A stretch of 32,000 nucleotides of DNA from Halomicrobium mukohataei DSM 12286 (GCF_000023965.1 NC_013202.1:690001-722000), one strand, 5' to 3'; shown: positions 13,666 to 25,058, counted from the stretch's first letter. Translations and numbers: made by a program. Notes: a model not told the origin generated them from the letters alone.

Positions 13666-15558
13666 TCAGTCGGCCGGCGAGTCGACCATCTGCATCCCTT
13701 CGCGAACGGATTCGCGACGGCCCAGCAGCGTGATCATGTCGCCTTTCTCGATGACGAAGTCGGCTGTGGGCACCGTCGTCTCGCCGTCCCGAGTGACCAG
13801 CGCGATCAGGCAGGCCTCGGGCAGCATGGAACCGATCTCGTTGATCGGTTTCCCGACGAACGTCCCGCCACAGACCTCGACTTCCTGTACGTCGCCCTCG
13901 TGGCCGATGTCGGTCATCCAGTTGGCGATCGCCGGGCGTTCGATCTGGTTGTCCATCGCCCAGGCCGTCGCCATCGACGAGGAGATGGTCCGAACGCCCA
14001 GATCCTCGAACGCCTCGACGTTGTCGGGGTTGTTGGCCCGTGCGATGACTCTCTCCACGTCGAACTTCGAGGACGCCAGCTGTGACACGAGCAGGTTCAC
14101 GTCGTCGTCACCGGTGGCGGCGGCGACGATCTTGGCGTTGTCGGCCCCGGCGGCACGTAACGTGTCCGTGTCGGCTCCGTCGCCGTACTCGACGGTGTAG
14201 CCGGCGTTGCGCGCCGATTCGACGACTGATTGATTCTTCTCGATGATGACGATGTTCTCGCCGCGGTCTTCGAGGCGTTCGGCGAGCGACCGGCCCACCT
14301 TACCGCCTCCGACGATGATGACTCGCATTGGTATCACGTCCAGGTATTCGGCGATGTAGCGCGCGAGGCCACCTTCGAAGATGGCCGTCAGCAGGATCGC
14401 GAGGAAGACGACCCCCAGCAGGAGACTGGCCTCCTCTGGGAGCCCTTCGGATCGGAGTTGGACGGCAAACAGCGTCGCGACCGACGCGGGAATGATCCCG
14501 CGGGGACCGACGAGGCTCATGAACGTCCGCTCCTGTAGCGTGAAGCGGTCGCCGACGGTCGAGATGAAGATCAGGAGCGGGCGCAAGACGAGCGCGATGA
14601 TCACGACGACGGCGACGCCCGCGAGCCCGACCGTCCGGAGGGTCGAAAATTCGAGCAGCGCCGCCAGCGTGATGAAGACAAAGGAGAGGACGATGAGCGT
14701 GATGTCGCCCTTGAAGTCCTCGATGTCCTCCTCGTAGGGGATGTCGGCGTTGCCAAGCAGGAAGCCGGCGGTCGCGACGGCGGCGACGCCGGCCTCACTC
14801 GCGACCGAGTTGGCCGAGGCGTAGGCGACCAGCGCTCCCGCGAGGACGAGCAGTCGAGCGTTTCGCGGTGCGTCCCCGGGTGCGAGATCCACGTACCGGA
14901 CGAGGTAGTACAGCACACCGGCGACGACGACCCCGAAGAAGAGCCCGATTCCGAGTCGTCCCGCGAACCCGTGCAAGAGCCCTTCGAAGTCGTCTGCGGG
15001 GTTGACGATCTCGAAGAAGACGACGGCCAGAATGGCGGCGCTCACGTCGTTGACGATCCCCTCGGTCTCCAGCGTGGCCGCGACCCGGTCACGGACCGGG
15101 ACGATGTCGAGGATCGGCGTGACGACGGTGGGCCCCGTCGCGGTCAACAGCGCGCCGATCGTCAGCGAGAGCGCCCAGGAAGCGCCGAGGGCGAACCGAA
15201 CCGCGATAGCGGTCCCGAGCAGCGCGATGAGCGCGCCGACCGTGACGACGCGCAACGCCGCTGCCGGTGCTTCTCTGATGCGTTCGACCCTGAGGTGAAA
15301 CGCCCCCTCGAAGACGATGATCGCGACCGACAGACCGACGATCGCCGGCAGGGCGTCACCGAACGACGCCGGGTCGATGATCCGGCCACCGAGGAAGGGG
15401 AGAGAGTCGGCCAGATACCCCGAGATGGGGCCTAGCAAGAGGCCGGCACCGATGTAGAAGATGATGGTCGGGATCTGGAGACGGTCCGCGAGCAGCTGAG
15501 CGAGGACGCCGATCGCAGTGATCCCTGCGACGAGAAGTATCAGTTCAGTAGCCGCCAT
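13666..15558 (-). CDS. CPA1-type Na+(K+)/H+ antiporter fused to C-terminal RCK (TrkA-N/TrkA-C) domains
   Basis: The sequence starts MAATELILLVAGITAIGVLAQLLADRLQIPTIIFYIGAGLLLGP and has about 12 TM helices. It then has MRVIIVGGGKVGRSLAERLEDRGENIVIIE (a Rossmann GxGxxG motif) and a TrkA-C-like end. Confidence 0.9.
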   Translation of the reverse strand: MAATELILLVAGITAIGVLAQLLADRLQIPTIIFYIGAGLLLGPISGYLADSLPFLGGRIIDPASFGDALPAIVGLSVAIIVFEGAFHLRVERIREAPAAALRVVTVGALIALLGTAIAVRFALGASWALSLTIGALLTATGPTVVTPILDIVPVRDRVAATLETEGIVNDVSAAILAVVFFEIVNPADDFEGLLHGFAGRLGIGLFFGVVVAGVLYYLVRYVDLAPGDAPRNARLLVLAGALVAYASANSVASEAGVAAVATAGFLLGNADIPYEEDIEDFKGDITLIVLSFVFITLAALLEFSTLRTVGLAGVAVVVIIALVLRPLLIFISTVGDRFTLQERTFMSLVGPRGIIPASVATLFAVQLRSEGLPEEASLLLGVVFLAILLTAIFEGGLARYIAEYLDVIPMRVIIVGGGKVGRSLAERLEDRGENIVIIEKNQSVVESARNAGYTVEYGDGADTDTLRAAGADNAKIVAAATGDDDVNLLVSQLASSKFDVERVIARANNPDNVEAFEDLGVRTISSSMATAWAMDNQIERPAIANWMTDIGHEGDVQEVEVCGGTFVGKPINEIGSMLPEACLIALVTRDGETTVPTADFVIEKGDMITLLGRRESVREGMQMVDSPAD

Positions 15559-15584
15559 CTACACGAATGCACGGAGTCGGCCCG

Positions 15585-15590
15585 TATAAA
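15585..15590 (-). promoter_or_regulatory. TATA box for the antiporter gene
   Basis: The plus strand reads tataaa, so the minus strand reads TTTATA. It lies 27-32 nt upstream of the ATG at 15558. Confidence 0.4.
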
Positions 15591-15634
15591 CGCACTCACT
15601 CGCAGCAGTGTCACATCACACACCAGTCTGGCGA

Positions 15635-16549
15635 TTACGCGTCCTCGCCGTGGCGGTCCAGATACGTCAGGACGCCGCGAACGTTCATGGCGACCTCGGC
15701 CCGCGCCTTGTGGTCGCTCCAGACGGCGGGCGTCTCGACGGTCTCGACGAAGTGCTCGACGACCGCCTCGTCGTCGCTGCGGTCCGCTCGCGCGGTCTCG
15801 ACTGCCTCGACCCACGTTTCGAGGGTCGTGGCGTACTCGTCGAGGCGGGCGTCGGTCCGGGCCGGGCCGTAGTGTGCGTAGCAGAGCCACGTCCGATCGA
15901 GGTCGGCGAGCATCGCCACGTCGTCGAGGGCACCGTCGAGATCGAAGTTCGGCGGCGGGCTCGTCACGTGGACCTCGTCGGTCGAGGGCGTGTAGATGCC
16001 GGCCGCGTCGGCGGTGAAGACGGCGTCCAGTTCCGGCGCGTCGAAGACGACCTGATGGGGTGCGTGGCCGGGCGCGTGACGGGCACGGAGACGGTGGTCG
16101 CCGAGGTCGATCGCGTCGCCGTCGGTCAGTGTCTCGATACGCGACTCGGGTATCGGCGTCGGCTCGGTGTAGTAGTCGATCTGGTCGCCGACGGCCTGTT
16201 TCGTGCCGGCCCAGAGGCGAGCGGGATCGACGAGGTGGCGCGCCCCCGACTCGTGGACGAACACGGTCGCGTTCGGGCACGCCTCCACGAGGGGACCCGC
16301 GCCGCCAGCGTGATCGAGGTGGACGTGCGTGAGCGCGATCACGTCGAGCGCCTCGGGAGCGACGCCGGCCGCTTCGAGGAGATCGAGGACGCGCTCGACG
16401 TTGGTTCCCAGACCCGTGTCCACCAGCGCCGGCCGGTCGCCGTCGACGAGGTAGACGGAGCCGTACTCCTCGACATCGTACATGCCGGTGTCGACGTACC
16501 AGCAGTCGTCGTGTACCGCTCGTGCTCGAACGGCGTCGCCGATTGCCAT
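15635..16549 (-). CDS. MBL-fold metallo-hydrolase
   Basis: Starting from the ATG at 16549, the sequence is MAIGDAVRARAVHDDCWYVDTGMYDVEEYGSVYLVDGDRPALVDTGLG...IALTHVHLDHAGGAG. The HxHxDH motif is present. The track ORF extends upstream through an implausible Cys-rich leader. Confidence 0.8.
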   Translation of the reverse strand: MAIGDAVRARAVHDDCWYVDTGMYDVEEYGSVYLVDGDRPALVDTGLGTNVERVLDLLEAAGVAPEALDVIALTHVHLDHAGGAGPLVEACPNATVFVHESGARHLVDPARLWAGTKQAVGDQIDYYTEPTPIPESRIETLTDGDAIDLGDHRLRARHAPGHAPHQVVFDAPELDAVFTADAAGIYTPSTDEVHVTSPPPNFDLDGALDDVAMLADLDRTWLCYAHYGPARTDARLDEYATTLETWVEAVETARADRSDDEAVVEHFVETVETPAVWSDHKARAEVAMNVRGVLTYLDRHGEDA

Positions 16550-16590
16550 ACGACGAGTGGGGAGCGGCGACGCGTTAAAGCCACCGCCAC

Positions 16591-16606
16591 TTTGGCATAT
16601 GCCAAA
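16591..16606. promoter_or_regulatory. Perfect 16-bp palindrome in the katG / MBL divergent promoter region (candidate operator)
   Basis: TTTGGCATATGCCAAA is its own reverse complement. It lies 39-54 nt upstream of the katG ATG (16645) and 42-57 nt upstream of the MBL ATG (16549). Confidence 0.4.
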
Positions 16607-16644
16607 ACAACTGTTTTTGAGGAGGCTCTGCACGGGACTAATAG

Positions 16645-18846
<2,202 letters not shown>

Positions 18847-18851
18847 AGCCC

Positions 18852-18914
18852 CCGTCCGTGCCCGCCTGCCGAGACACGGGCCGGAGCGCGATCGGACGGA
18901 CGATACCCACTTTT
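18852..18914 (+). terminator. Nested GC hairpin followed by a T4 tract downstream of katG
   Basis: ccgtccg (18852-18858) pairs with cggacgg (18893-18899), with an inner gcccg/cgggc stem. TTTT follows at 18911-18914. Confidence 0.4.
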
Positions 18915-19032
18915 CGCAGTCGCCGGAACACCGGAGTGACACTTCGAGTTCGTTTCACGACAGGTCGCTGGCAGAACTCACTGCAGGCGGTAGGACTATG
19001 TGTCGGTATCACATGGTGTGCAGTGGATCGCT

Positions 19033-19308
19033 ATGCAACCGTGCCACAACTGCCAGGCGGCTATCGACGAGTACCTCTTGGACAAACACCTCGAACCCCT
19101 GCGCGAGCTGACGGTCGACGACTTCAATCTCTGTGTCGACTGTACGACAGTGGTCGAGGACGCGTGCGTGGAGTGTGGCGGCGCGGTCTACGTTCCGAGA
19201 AGCGAGTCCACGGTGCCGGACTACTGTCCGGCGTGTCGGTCCGAGCACATCGCGGAGACCGGCGAAGATCCCGGCTGGACGGTCGACGCCCAGTCGAAAC
19301 GCGTCTAG
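19033..19308 (+). CDS. Small Cys-rich zinc-binding protein (four CxxC motifs)
   Basis: Starting from the ATG at 19033, the sequence is MQPCHNCQAAIDEYLLDKHLEPLRELTVDDFNLCVDCTTVVEDACVECGGAVYVPRSESTVPDYCPACRSEH.... It is acidic with GC3-rich codons. Confidence 0.6.
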   Translation: MQPCHNCQAAIDEYLLDKHLEPLRELTVDDFNLCVDCTTVVEDACVECGGAVYVPRSESTVPDYCPACRSEHIAETGEDPGWTVDAQSKRV

Positions 19309-19346
19309 CCGAGCGTCCCGTTTTGCCGTCGAATCGACCGGCAGTA

Positions 19347-20195
19347 TCACTCGACCGCGTCCAGCAGAATCGCCTCGAAGTGCTCGACCAGCGTCGAGTA
19401 GTGGCCCGCGTCGACGACGCTCACGTCGGTGTCGGGCAGTCGGCTGGCGACGGCCTGGGCGACCCGGAGCGGGACTCGCTCGTCCTGACGGCCGTGCCAC
19501 AGCGACAGCGTCCGGGCGCAGTCGGCGGGATCAAACCCCCAGGGATCGCCCAGCATCGGGAACTCGTGGGCCGGGCCGCGCCCGCCCTGATCGAACGCCT
19601 CGGCGGCGTCGGCCACGACGACGGTGCCGTCGGGAGCGGCAAACAGCTCGCGGTCGGCGTCGGACGCGCCGCTCTCGATGGTCTCGCGAAACTGTCCGAA
19701 CCAGTGGCGCGCCAGCCAGCCCGTCAGCCCGAACAGCCCCCGCGAGAGCCCCGGGACCGATCTGGTGGCGGCCGTCAGCCGACGGTTCGCCGCCGTGGCG
19801 TACTTCCGGGTCTCCGGCGGACCGGGACTGCTGACGAGGACGGCCCGCTCGACGCGGTCGAGTTCGTGAGCACAGGCGGCCGCGTGGGGACCGCCGGCCG
19901 AGAAGCCGACGACGGAGAGGGTGTCGAGATCGAGCATCTTGGCCAGCGTCCGCACGTCGTCGGCCCAGTCCAGCAGGTCCCGGTCGGGCCGGAAGTCGGA
20001 CGCGCCAAAGCCCGGCCGGTCCGGCGCGATCAGGCGGGCGTCGTGGTGCTGGGCCGTCTCGTCGAACAGCGACCACAGCAGCCGGGAACCGGGGTTGCCG
20101 TGGAGACACACAACCGGCCGCCCGTCGGCGCGGCCGTACTCCTCGTAGGCCAGCCGCCGCCCGTCGCCGACGACGACCGTCTCCGGCTCGGTCAT
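19347..20195 (-). CDS. Alpha/beta-fold hydrolase
   Basis: Starting from the ATG at 20195, the sequence is MTEPETVVVGDGRRLAYEEYGRADGRPVVCLHGNPGSRLLW...VVGFSAGGPHAAA (a GxSxG-type nucleophile elbow)...VVDAGHYS. Confidence 0.85.
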   Translation of the reverse strand: MTEPETVVVGDGRRLAYEEYGRADGRPVVCLHGNPGSRLLWSLFDETAQHHDARLIAPDRPGFGASDFRPDRDLLDWADDVRTLAKMLDLDTLSVVGFSAGGPHAAACAHELDRVERAVLVSSPGPPETRKYATAANRRLTAATRSVPGLSRGLFGLTGWLARHWFGQFRETIESGASDADRELFAAPDGTVVVADAAEAFDQGGRGPAHEFPMLGDPWGFDPADCARTLSLWHGRQDERVPLRVAQAVASRLPDTDVSVVDAGHYSTLVEHFEAILLDAVE

Positions 20196-20219
20196 TGGCG
20201 GCTGTTCTTGGCGGTCGGT

Positions 20220-20227
20220 CTTATAGG
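20220..20227 (-). promoter_or_regulatory. TATA-like box for the alpha/beta hydrolase gene
   Basis: The plus strand reads cttatagg, so the minus strand reads CCTATAAG. It lies about 25-32 nt upstream of the ATG at 20195. Confidence 0.35.
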
Positions 20228-20425
20228 CGGGCGGTCCCAACAGTAGTACCTGGTGTCGCTAGGGGTCGACGGGACAGTGATCGGCGGTGCCAACGAGTAC
20301 CGAAAGCCCTCACCCCACTCGTCTGTCGAGCCATTCGCTCGCCAGTGGCTCGCGAAGACCTCTCACAGTGCCGTCGCTCGACGGAGCGAGCGACAGCGCG
20401 CGCCACGTCGTTGCTGTGAGCATCC

Positions 20426-20565
20426 GGGCGACCGAGCGGTCCGAAGGACCCGGAAGGTCGCCCGGTTCACCGCGAGCGCGCCGAAGGCGCGACTCGCGGC
20501 CTTTTTCGCCCACGTTTTTGCGCAAGCGGTGCGCCGGAGGCGCACCCGCAGCGGAAAAAGGTGGA
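20426..20565 (+). repeat. Modular hairpin-rich interspersed element, copy 2
   Basis: It has the same module order as copy 1. The hairpins are gggcgacc/ggtcgccc (20426-20463), cgcgag..ctcgcg (20471-20498) and ggtgcgcc-gga-ggcgcacc. The 30-nt core is at 20497-20526 and the 22-nt core at 20544-20565. It ends 38 nt upstream of the serS ATG. Confidence 0.8.
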
Positions 20566-20603
20566 TCGGAATGATTAGGGCCGGGCGTGGACAACCGCCG
20601 TCC

Positions 20604-21989
20604 ATGTTGAGCAGACAGTTCGTCCGTGAGAACGCCGAGATGGTCCGAGAGGCCATCGAGCAGAAGGGCGTCACGGGCGTCGACCTCGACGAGATCCTGC
20701 GGATCGACGCGGAGTGGCGCGAGCTGAAGGCGGAGGGCGACGACCTGCGCCACCAGCGCAACGAGGTCTCCAGCGAGATCGGCGAGTACAAGCGCGAGGG
20801 CGAGGAGGAGAAGGCCCAGGACGCCATCGAGCGCTCGAGCGAGCTGAAAGCGGAGCTCCAGCGCGTCGAGGACCGCGCCGACGAACTCGAAGCGAAGCTG
20901 GAGGCGCGCCTGCTGGAGATCCCCAACGTCCCTCACGAGTCGGTGCCGGTCGGCGAGGGCGAGGACGACAACGTCGAGCGCTACCGCGAGGGGTTCGACG
21001 ACCTGCGGACCCTGCCCGAGGACGTGGTCCCTCACTACGAGCTGGGCGAGCGACTCGACATTCTGGACTTCGAGCGCGGCGCGAAGGTTTCGGGCGGCGG
21101 CTTCCAGTTCGTCAAGGGCGAGGGCGCACGGCTGGAGTACGCGCTGATCCAGTTCATGCTCGACGTACACCGCGAGCAGGAGTACATCGACGTGTTCCCG
21201 CCGCTGCCGGTCAACAGCGAGTCGATGCGTGGGACCGGCCAGCTGCCGAAGTTCGCCGAGGACGCCTACCGCATCGAAGCCCGACAGGACGACGAGTACG
21301 ACGACGACGACCTGTGGCTGCTCCCGACCGCGGAGGTGCCGGTGACCAACATGTACCGCGATGAGATCCTGCTGGACGACGACCTCCCGATCAAACACCA
21401 GGCGTTCTCGCCGAACTTCCGGCGCGAGGCCGGCGAACACGGGACCGAGACCCGCGGGTACGTCCGCGTCCACCAGTTCAACAAGGTCGAACTCGTGAAC
21501 TTCGTCCGGCCGGAGAACAGCTACGAGCGTCTCGAAGGACTGCTCTCCGAGGCCGAGGAAGTGCTCGACCGCCTGGACCTGCCCTACCGCGTGCTGGACA
21601 TGTGTACCGGCGACATGGGGTTCACCCAGGCCAAGAAGTACGACATCGAGGTGTGGGCACCCGGCGACGACATGGACGACGGCCCCGAGGAGGGCGGGCG
21701 CTGGCTGGAGGTGTCCTCGATCTCGAACTTCGAGGACTTTCAGGCCCGGCGCGCGGGCATCCACTACCGGCCCGAGCGCCACGAATCGGCGGAGTACCTC
21801 CACACGCTCAACGGCAGCGGCGTCGCCGTCCCGCGGGTGATGGTCGCAATCATGGAGTACTACCAGAACGACGACGGCACGATCACCGTCCCCGAACCGC
21901 TCCGGCCGTACATGGGCGGTCAGGAAGTCATCGAAGGCCACGAGCCCGTCGGGGAGAGCGCCGTCGGCGAAGGCGACGGCGACGACTGA
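20604..21989 (+). CDS. serS: Serine--tRNA ligase
   Basis: Starting from the ATG at 20604, the sequence is [23 protein letters not shown]... with a coiled-coil arm, then ...[29 protein letters not shown]...[21 protein letters not shown]. These are class II motifs 2 and 3. The longer track ORF runs through the upstream repeat element. Confidence 0.97.
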   Translation: MLSRQFVRENAEMVREAIEQKGVTGVDLDEILRIDAEWRELKAEGDDLRHQRNEVSSEIGEYKREGEEEKAQDAIERSSELKAELQRVEDRADELEAKLEARLLEIPNVPHESVPVGEGEDDNVERYREGFDDLRTLPEDVVPHYELGERLDILDFERGAKVSGGGFQFVKGEGARLEYALIQFMLDVHREQEYIDVFPPLPVNSESMRGTGQLPKFAEDAYRIEARQDDEYDDDDLWLLPTAEVPVTNMYRDEILLDDDLPIKHQAFSPNFRREAGEHGTETRGYVRVHQFNKVELVNFVRPENSYERLEGLLSEAEEVLDRLDLPYRVLDMCTGDMGFTQAKKYDIEVWAPGDDMDDGPEEGGRWLEVSSISNFEDFQARRAGIHYRPERHESAEYLHTLNGSGVAVPRVMVAIMEYYQNDDGTITVPEPLRPYMGGQEVIEGHEPVGESAVGEGDGDD

Positions 21990-22097
21990 GGCGGTCGTCC
22001 GAGCGTCCGGTAGGGGAGGCCGGCGACGAGCGAGCCCGCTGGCGGCGTCGAGTGGGAGTCGGGATCGGAAGCTGACGCCGCTGTGACGGGGAATGCC

Positions 22098-22106
22098 TAT
22101 TTGTAT
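22098..22106 (+). promoter_or_regulatory. TATA-like box for the Lrp-family gene
   Basis: tatttgtat lies 21-29 nt upstream of the ATG at 22127. Confidence 0.35.
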
Positions 22107-22126
22107 CCGGTCCGTGACCGAAACGC

Positions 22127-22606
22127 ATGACGCTCGAAGGACTCGACGAGCTGGACAAAAAGATCATCCACGAACTACAGACCGACGCGCGTCACACGTC
22201 TTCCGGAACGATCGCCGACGCGGCCGACGTCTCGGCCAGCACGGTCCGAAACAGGATCCAGCGACTGGAACAACAGGGCCTCATCAGCGGGTACCACGCC
22301 GACGTGGAGTACGAGAGCGCCGGCTACCAGCTGTACACGCTGATCATCTGTACCGCGCCGGTCCCCCGGCGAGAGGAGCTGGCCGAAGCGGCCCTGGAAG
22401 TGCCGGGCGTCGTTCGCGTGACGGAGGTCATGACCGGCGAGGAGAACGTCCACGTCAGCGTCGTCGGGGCGGACGGCGACGATCTCAGCCGCATCGGCCG
22501 GGACCTCGACGAACTCGGGCTGGAAGTCGCCGACGAGGACCTCATCCGAAACGAACACGTGGACGCGTTCGACGGGTTCGACGCCGACTGTGAGGACAGG
22601 TCGTAA
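22127..22606 (+). CDS. Lrp/AsnC-family transcriptional regulator
   Basis: The sequence is LDELDKKIIHELQTDARHTSSGTIADAADVSASTVRNRIQRLEQQGLISGYHADV... (HTH_AsnC) followed by a RAM-like C-domain. Confidence 0.9.
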   Translation: MTLEGLDELDKKIIHELQTDARHTSSGTIADAADVSASTVRNRIQRLEQQGLISGYHADVEYESAGYQLYTLIICTAPVPRREELAEAALEVPGVVRVTEVMTGEENVHVSVVGADGDDLSRIGRDLDELGLEVADEDLIRNEHVDAFDGFDADCEDRS

Positions 22607-22902
22607 ACATAGATACAGTAAATCTATCGAATCGTCAATTACATCGGCTAGCTTATTGGCGTCCGTCTGTAACGGCCGGATAACGTGGACACCCGGAGGG
22701 ACAGGGTGTCGATACAGTAACACATGATTCGACAGTCACCACCCAGTCACACTCGCACAGCAGTCGCGCTCGAACCGTCGGCCCCCGTCGACGGTCGGTC
22801 ACTTGTCGCGCGGGCCGAGGCGACCGATCCCCCGCCGGGAGTCCGGACGGCCGGCATCGCGGAGTCCGACCGAGCGCGCAATGGCGGGACACGACGAGAC
22901 AG

Positions 22903-25053
22903 ATGAAACAGCTGGAACGGGACCTCGGACTCCCGACCGTCCTGGCGATCAGCGTCGGCGCGATGATCGGCAGCGGGATCTTCATTCTCCCGGCGCTGGC
23001 GCTCAAGACGGCCGGTCCCTCGGTCGTGCTCGCCTACCTGCTCGCGGGGATCCTCGTCGTGCCGGCGGCGCTGTCGAAGTCGGAGATGGCGACGGCGATG
23101 CCAGAGGCCGGCGGGACCTACCTCTACATCGAGCGCGGGATGGGGCCGCTGTTCGGAACGGTCGCGGGCGTCGGCACGTGGTTCTCGCTGGCGTTCAAGG
23201 GCGGGCTCGCGCTGGTCGGCGGCGTCCCCTACCTCCTGATCCTGTTCGACCTCCCAGTCAAGCCCGTCGCGCTGGGGCTCGCGGCAGTCCTGATCCTGGT
23301 GAACCTCCTCGGAGCGAAACAGACCGGCCGCCTGCAGGTCGCGATCGTCGTGGTGATGCTGGCGGCACTGTCGTGGTTCGTCGTCGGCAGCGGAGGGAGC
23401 GTCCAGCAGGCCAACTTCCAGCCGTTCTACGCCGACGGACTGTCCGGTCTGCTGGCCGCGACGGGGCTGGTGTTCGTCTCCTACGCTGGCGTCACAAAGG
23501 TCGCCAGCGTCGCCGAGGAAGTCGAGAACCCGGACCGAAACATTCCGCTCGGCATCCTGGGTTCGCTGGCGTTCACGACGCTGCTGTACGTCCTGATCGT
23601 GGCGATCATCGTCGGCGTCACCGACGCGGGCGTGGTCGCCGGCTCGGCCACGCCGGTCGCCGAGGCCGCGGCAGCGACGCTCGGTGAGTGGGGGGTCTGG
23701 GCCGTGGTGCTGGCGGCGATCCTCGCGCTGATCTCGACGGCCAACGCCGGCATCCTCTCGTCGTCTCGGTACCCCTTCGCGATGGCCCGTGACGGCCTCG
23801 TACCGACCTCGCTGGCGGAGGTCAGCGAGCGCTTTGGTACGCCGTCGCTGTCGATCTCGCTGACCGGGATCGTCCTGCTGGCCCTGATCGCGTTCGTCCC
23901 GGTCCTCGAGATCGCGAAGCTGGCGAGCGCGTTCCAGATCCTCGTGTTCGTCCTGATCAACGTCGCGATCGTGGCCTTCCGCGAGGGCGAGGGCGACTAC
24001 GAGCCGAGCTTCGAGTCGCCGCTGTACCCCTGGATGCAGGTCGCTGGCGTGCTCAGCGGCACCGTGTTGCTCACCCAGATGGGACCGGTCGCGATCGTCG
24101 GAGCCGTCGTCATCACCGTGGGGAGCGTGCTCTGGTACGTCCTCTACGCCCGGCCCAACGTCGAGCGACAGGGTGCCGCGGCCGACGCGGTCGGGCAGGG
24201 GATCGGCGACGCGCTCATCGACGAGACCGAGTCCGCGATGGAGAACGCGCCCTACGAGGTACTGGTCGCGATCACCCGAGAGATGGACCGCGAGCGCGAG
24301 GCCGCACTACTGCGGATCGCCGCCGACCTCGTGCGGCCACACGACGGCCGCGTCGTCGCCGTCTGGTTCGAGGAGGTGCCCGACCAGATGGACCTCGAAA
24401 CGGCCTCCGAGACGCAGTCGCCGGCAGACGTGCAGTTCGAAGAACAGACCGACGACCTCGCTGACGACCTGAACGTCGCCGTCGACGCGGGCGAGATCGT
24501 CAGCCACGACACGAAACACGCGATCGTCAACTTCGCGCGCCACCGCGGCGTCGACGCGATCGTCGCGGAGCACGAACACCGGCGGCTCCGCTCGCGCCTG
24601 CTCGGTGATCCGGTCGACTGGGTCGTCGACCACGCGCCCTGTGACGTGTTGCTGGTGGACAACAGGGGATACGACCGACCGGAGCGCATCGCGGTCGAGG
24701 ACGACGGCGGCCCCTTCCACCCCAACACCGTCGCGATCACGGACACGCTGGCCGCCGAGAACGGCGGTCGCGTCGTCTTCAGCGCAGGGGAGGGAAGCGA
24801 GAACGGCCCCGGTGTCACGTACCGAGAACAGCTGGCTGACCTGCTCTCGGTCCCGGTCTCGGAGGGCGGCACGGAGACCGCCCAGACCAGACCGGACATG
24901 CGGATCCGCCGGGGTGCCGATCATCGACTCCGGGGCTCGCTGTTCGACCGGCGACCCGACGGACCCGCCGACAGCACCGAGATCACGGTCCACGCCCACG
25001 AGTCCGAACAGCCGGGGCTGCTACGGCGACTGTTCGAGCGCATCGTGTTCTGA
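22903..25053 (+). CDS. APC-superfamily amino-acid permease fused to C-terminal universal stress protein (Usp) domains
   Basis: The sequence starts LGLPTVLAISVGAMIGSGIFILPALA...SKSEMATAMPEAGGTYLYIERG and has about 12 TM helices. It is followed by tandem Usp-like modules (YEVLVAITREMDRE... and ...AIVNFARHRGVDAIVAEHEHRRL...APCDVLLVD). Confidence 0.88.
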   Translation: MKQLERDLGLPTVLAISVGAMIGSGIFILPALALKTAGPSVVLAYLLAGILVVPAALSKSEMATAMPEAGGTYLYIERGMGPLFGTVAGVGTWFSLAFKGGLALVGGVPYLLILFDLPVKPVALGLAAVLILVNLLGAKQTGRLQVAIVVVMLAALSWFVVGSGGSVQQANFQPFYADGLSGLLAATGLVFVSYAGVTKVASVAEEVENPDRNIPLGILGSLAFTTLLYVLIVAIIVGVTDAGVVAGSATPVAEAAAATLGEWGVWAVVLAAILALISTANAGILSSSRYPFAMARDGLVPTSLAEVSERFGTPSLSISLTGIVLLALIAFVPVLEIAKLASAFQILVFVLINVAIVAFREGEGDYEPSFESPLYPWMQVAGVLSGTVLLTQMGPVAIVGAVVITVGSVLWYVLYARPNVERQGAAADAVGQGIGDALIDETESAMENAPYEVLVAITREMDREREAALLRIAADLVRPHDGRVVAVWFEEVPDQMDLETASETQSPADVQFEEQTDDLADDLNVAVDAGEIVSHDTKHAIVNFARHRGVDAIVAEHEHRRLRSRLLGDPVDWVVDHAPCDVLLVDNRGYDRPERIAVEDDGGPFHPNTVAITDTLAAENGGRVVFSAGEGSENGPGVTYREQLADLLSVPVSEGGTETAQTRPDMRIRRGADHRLRGSLFDRRPDGPADSTEITVHAHESEQPGLLRRLFERIVF

Positions 25054-25058
25054 CGCTC

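Noticed and set aside
19338-19349. The 12-mer ccggcagtatca is shared with 25128-25139. In both places it begins at the stop codon of a minus-strand gene (TGATACTGCCGG), which hints at a common 3' UTR motif.
   Set aside because: An exact 12-mer shared between two sites is expected by chance tens of times among all position pairs in a 32-kb window, and more often with GC bias. The flanks are not similar. It would only be worth revisiting if a genome-wide search shows enrichment at stop codons.
21990-22126. An 8-bp inverted repeat, gcggcgtc ... gacgccgc, downstream of serS as a possible terminator.
   Set aside because: The stem is short, the loop is long, and no adjacent T-tract follows. It is indistinguishable from chance pairing in GC-rich DNA.
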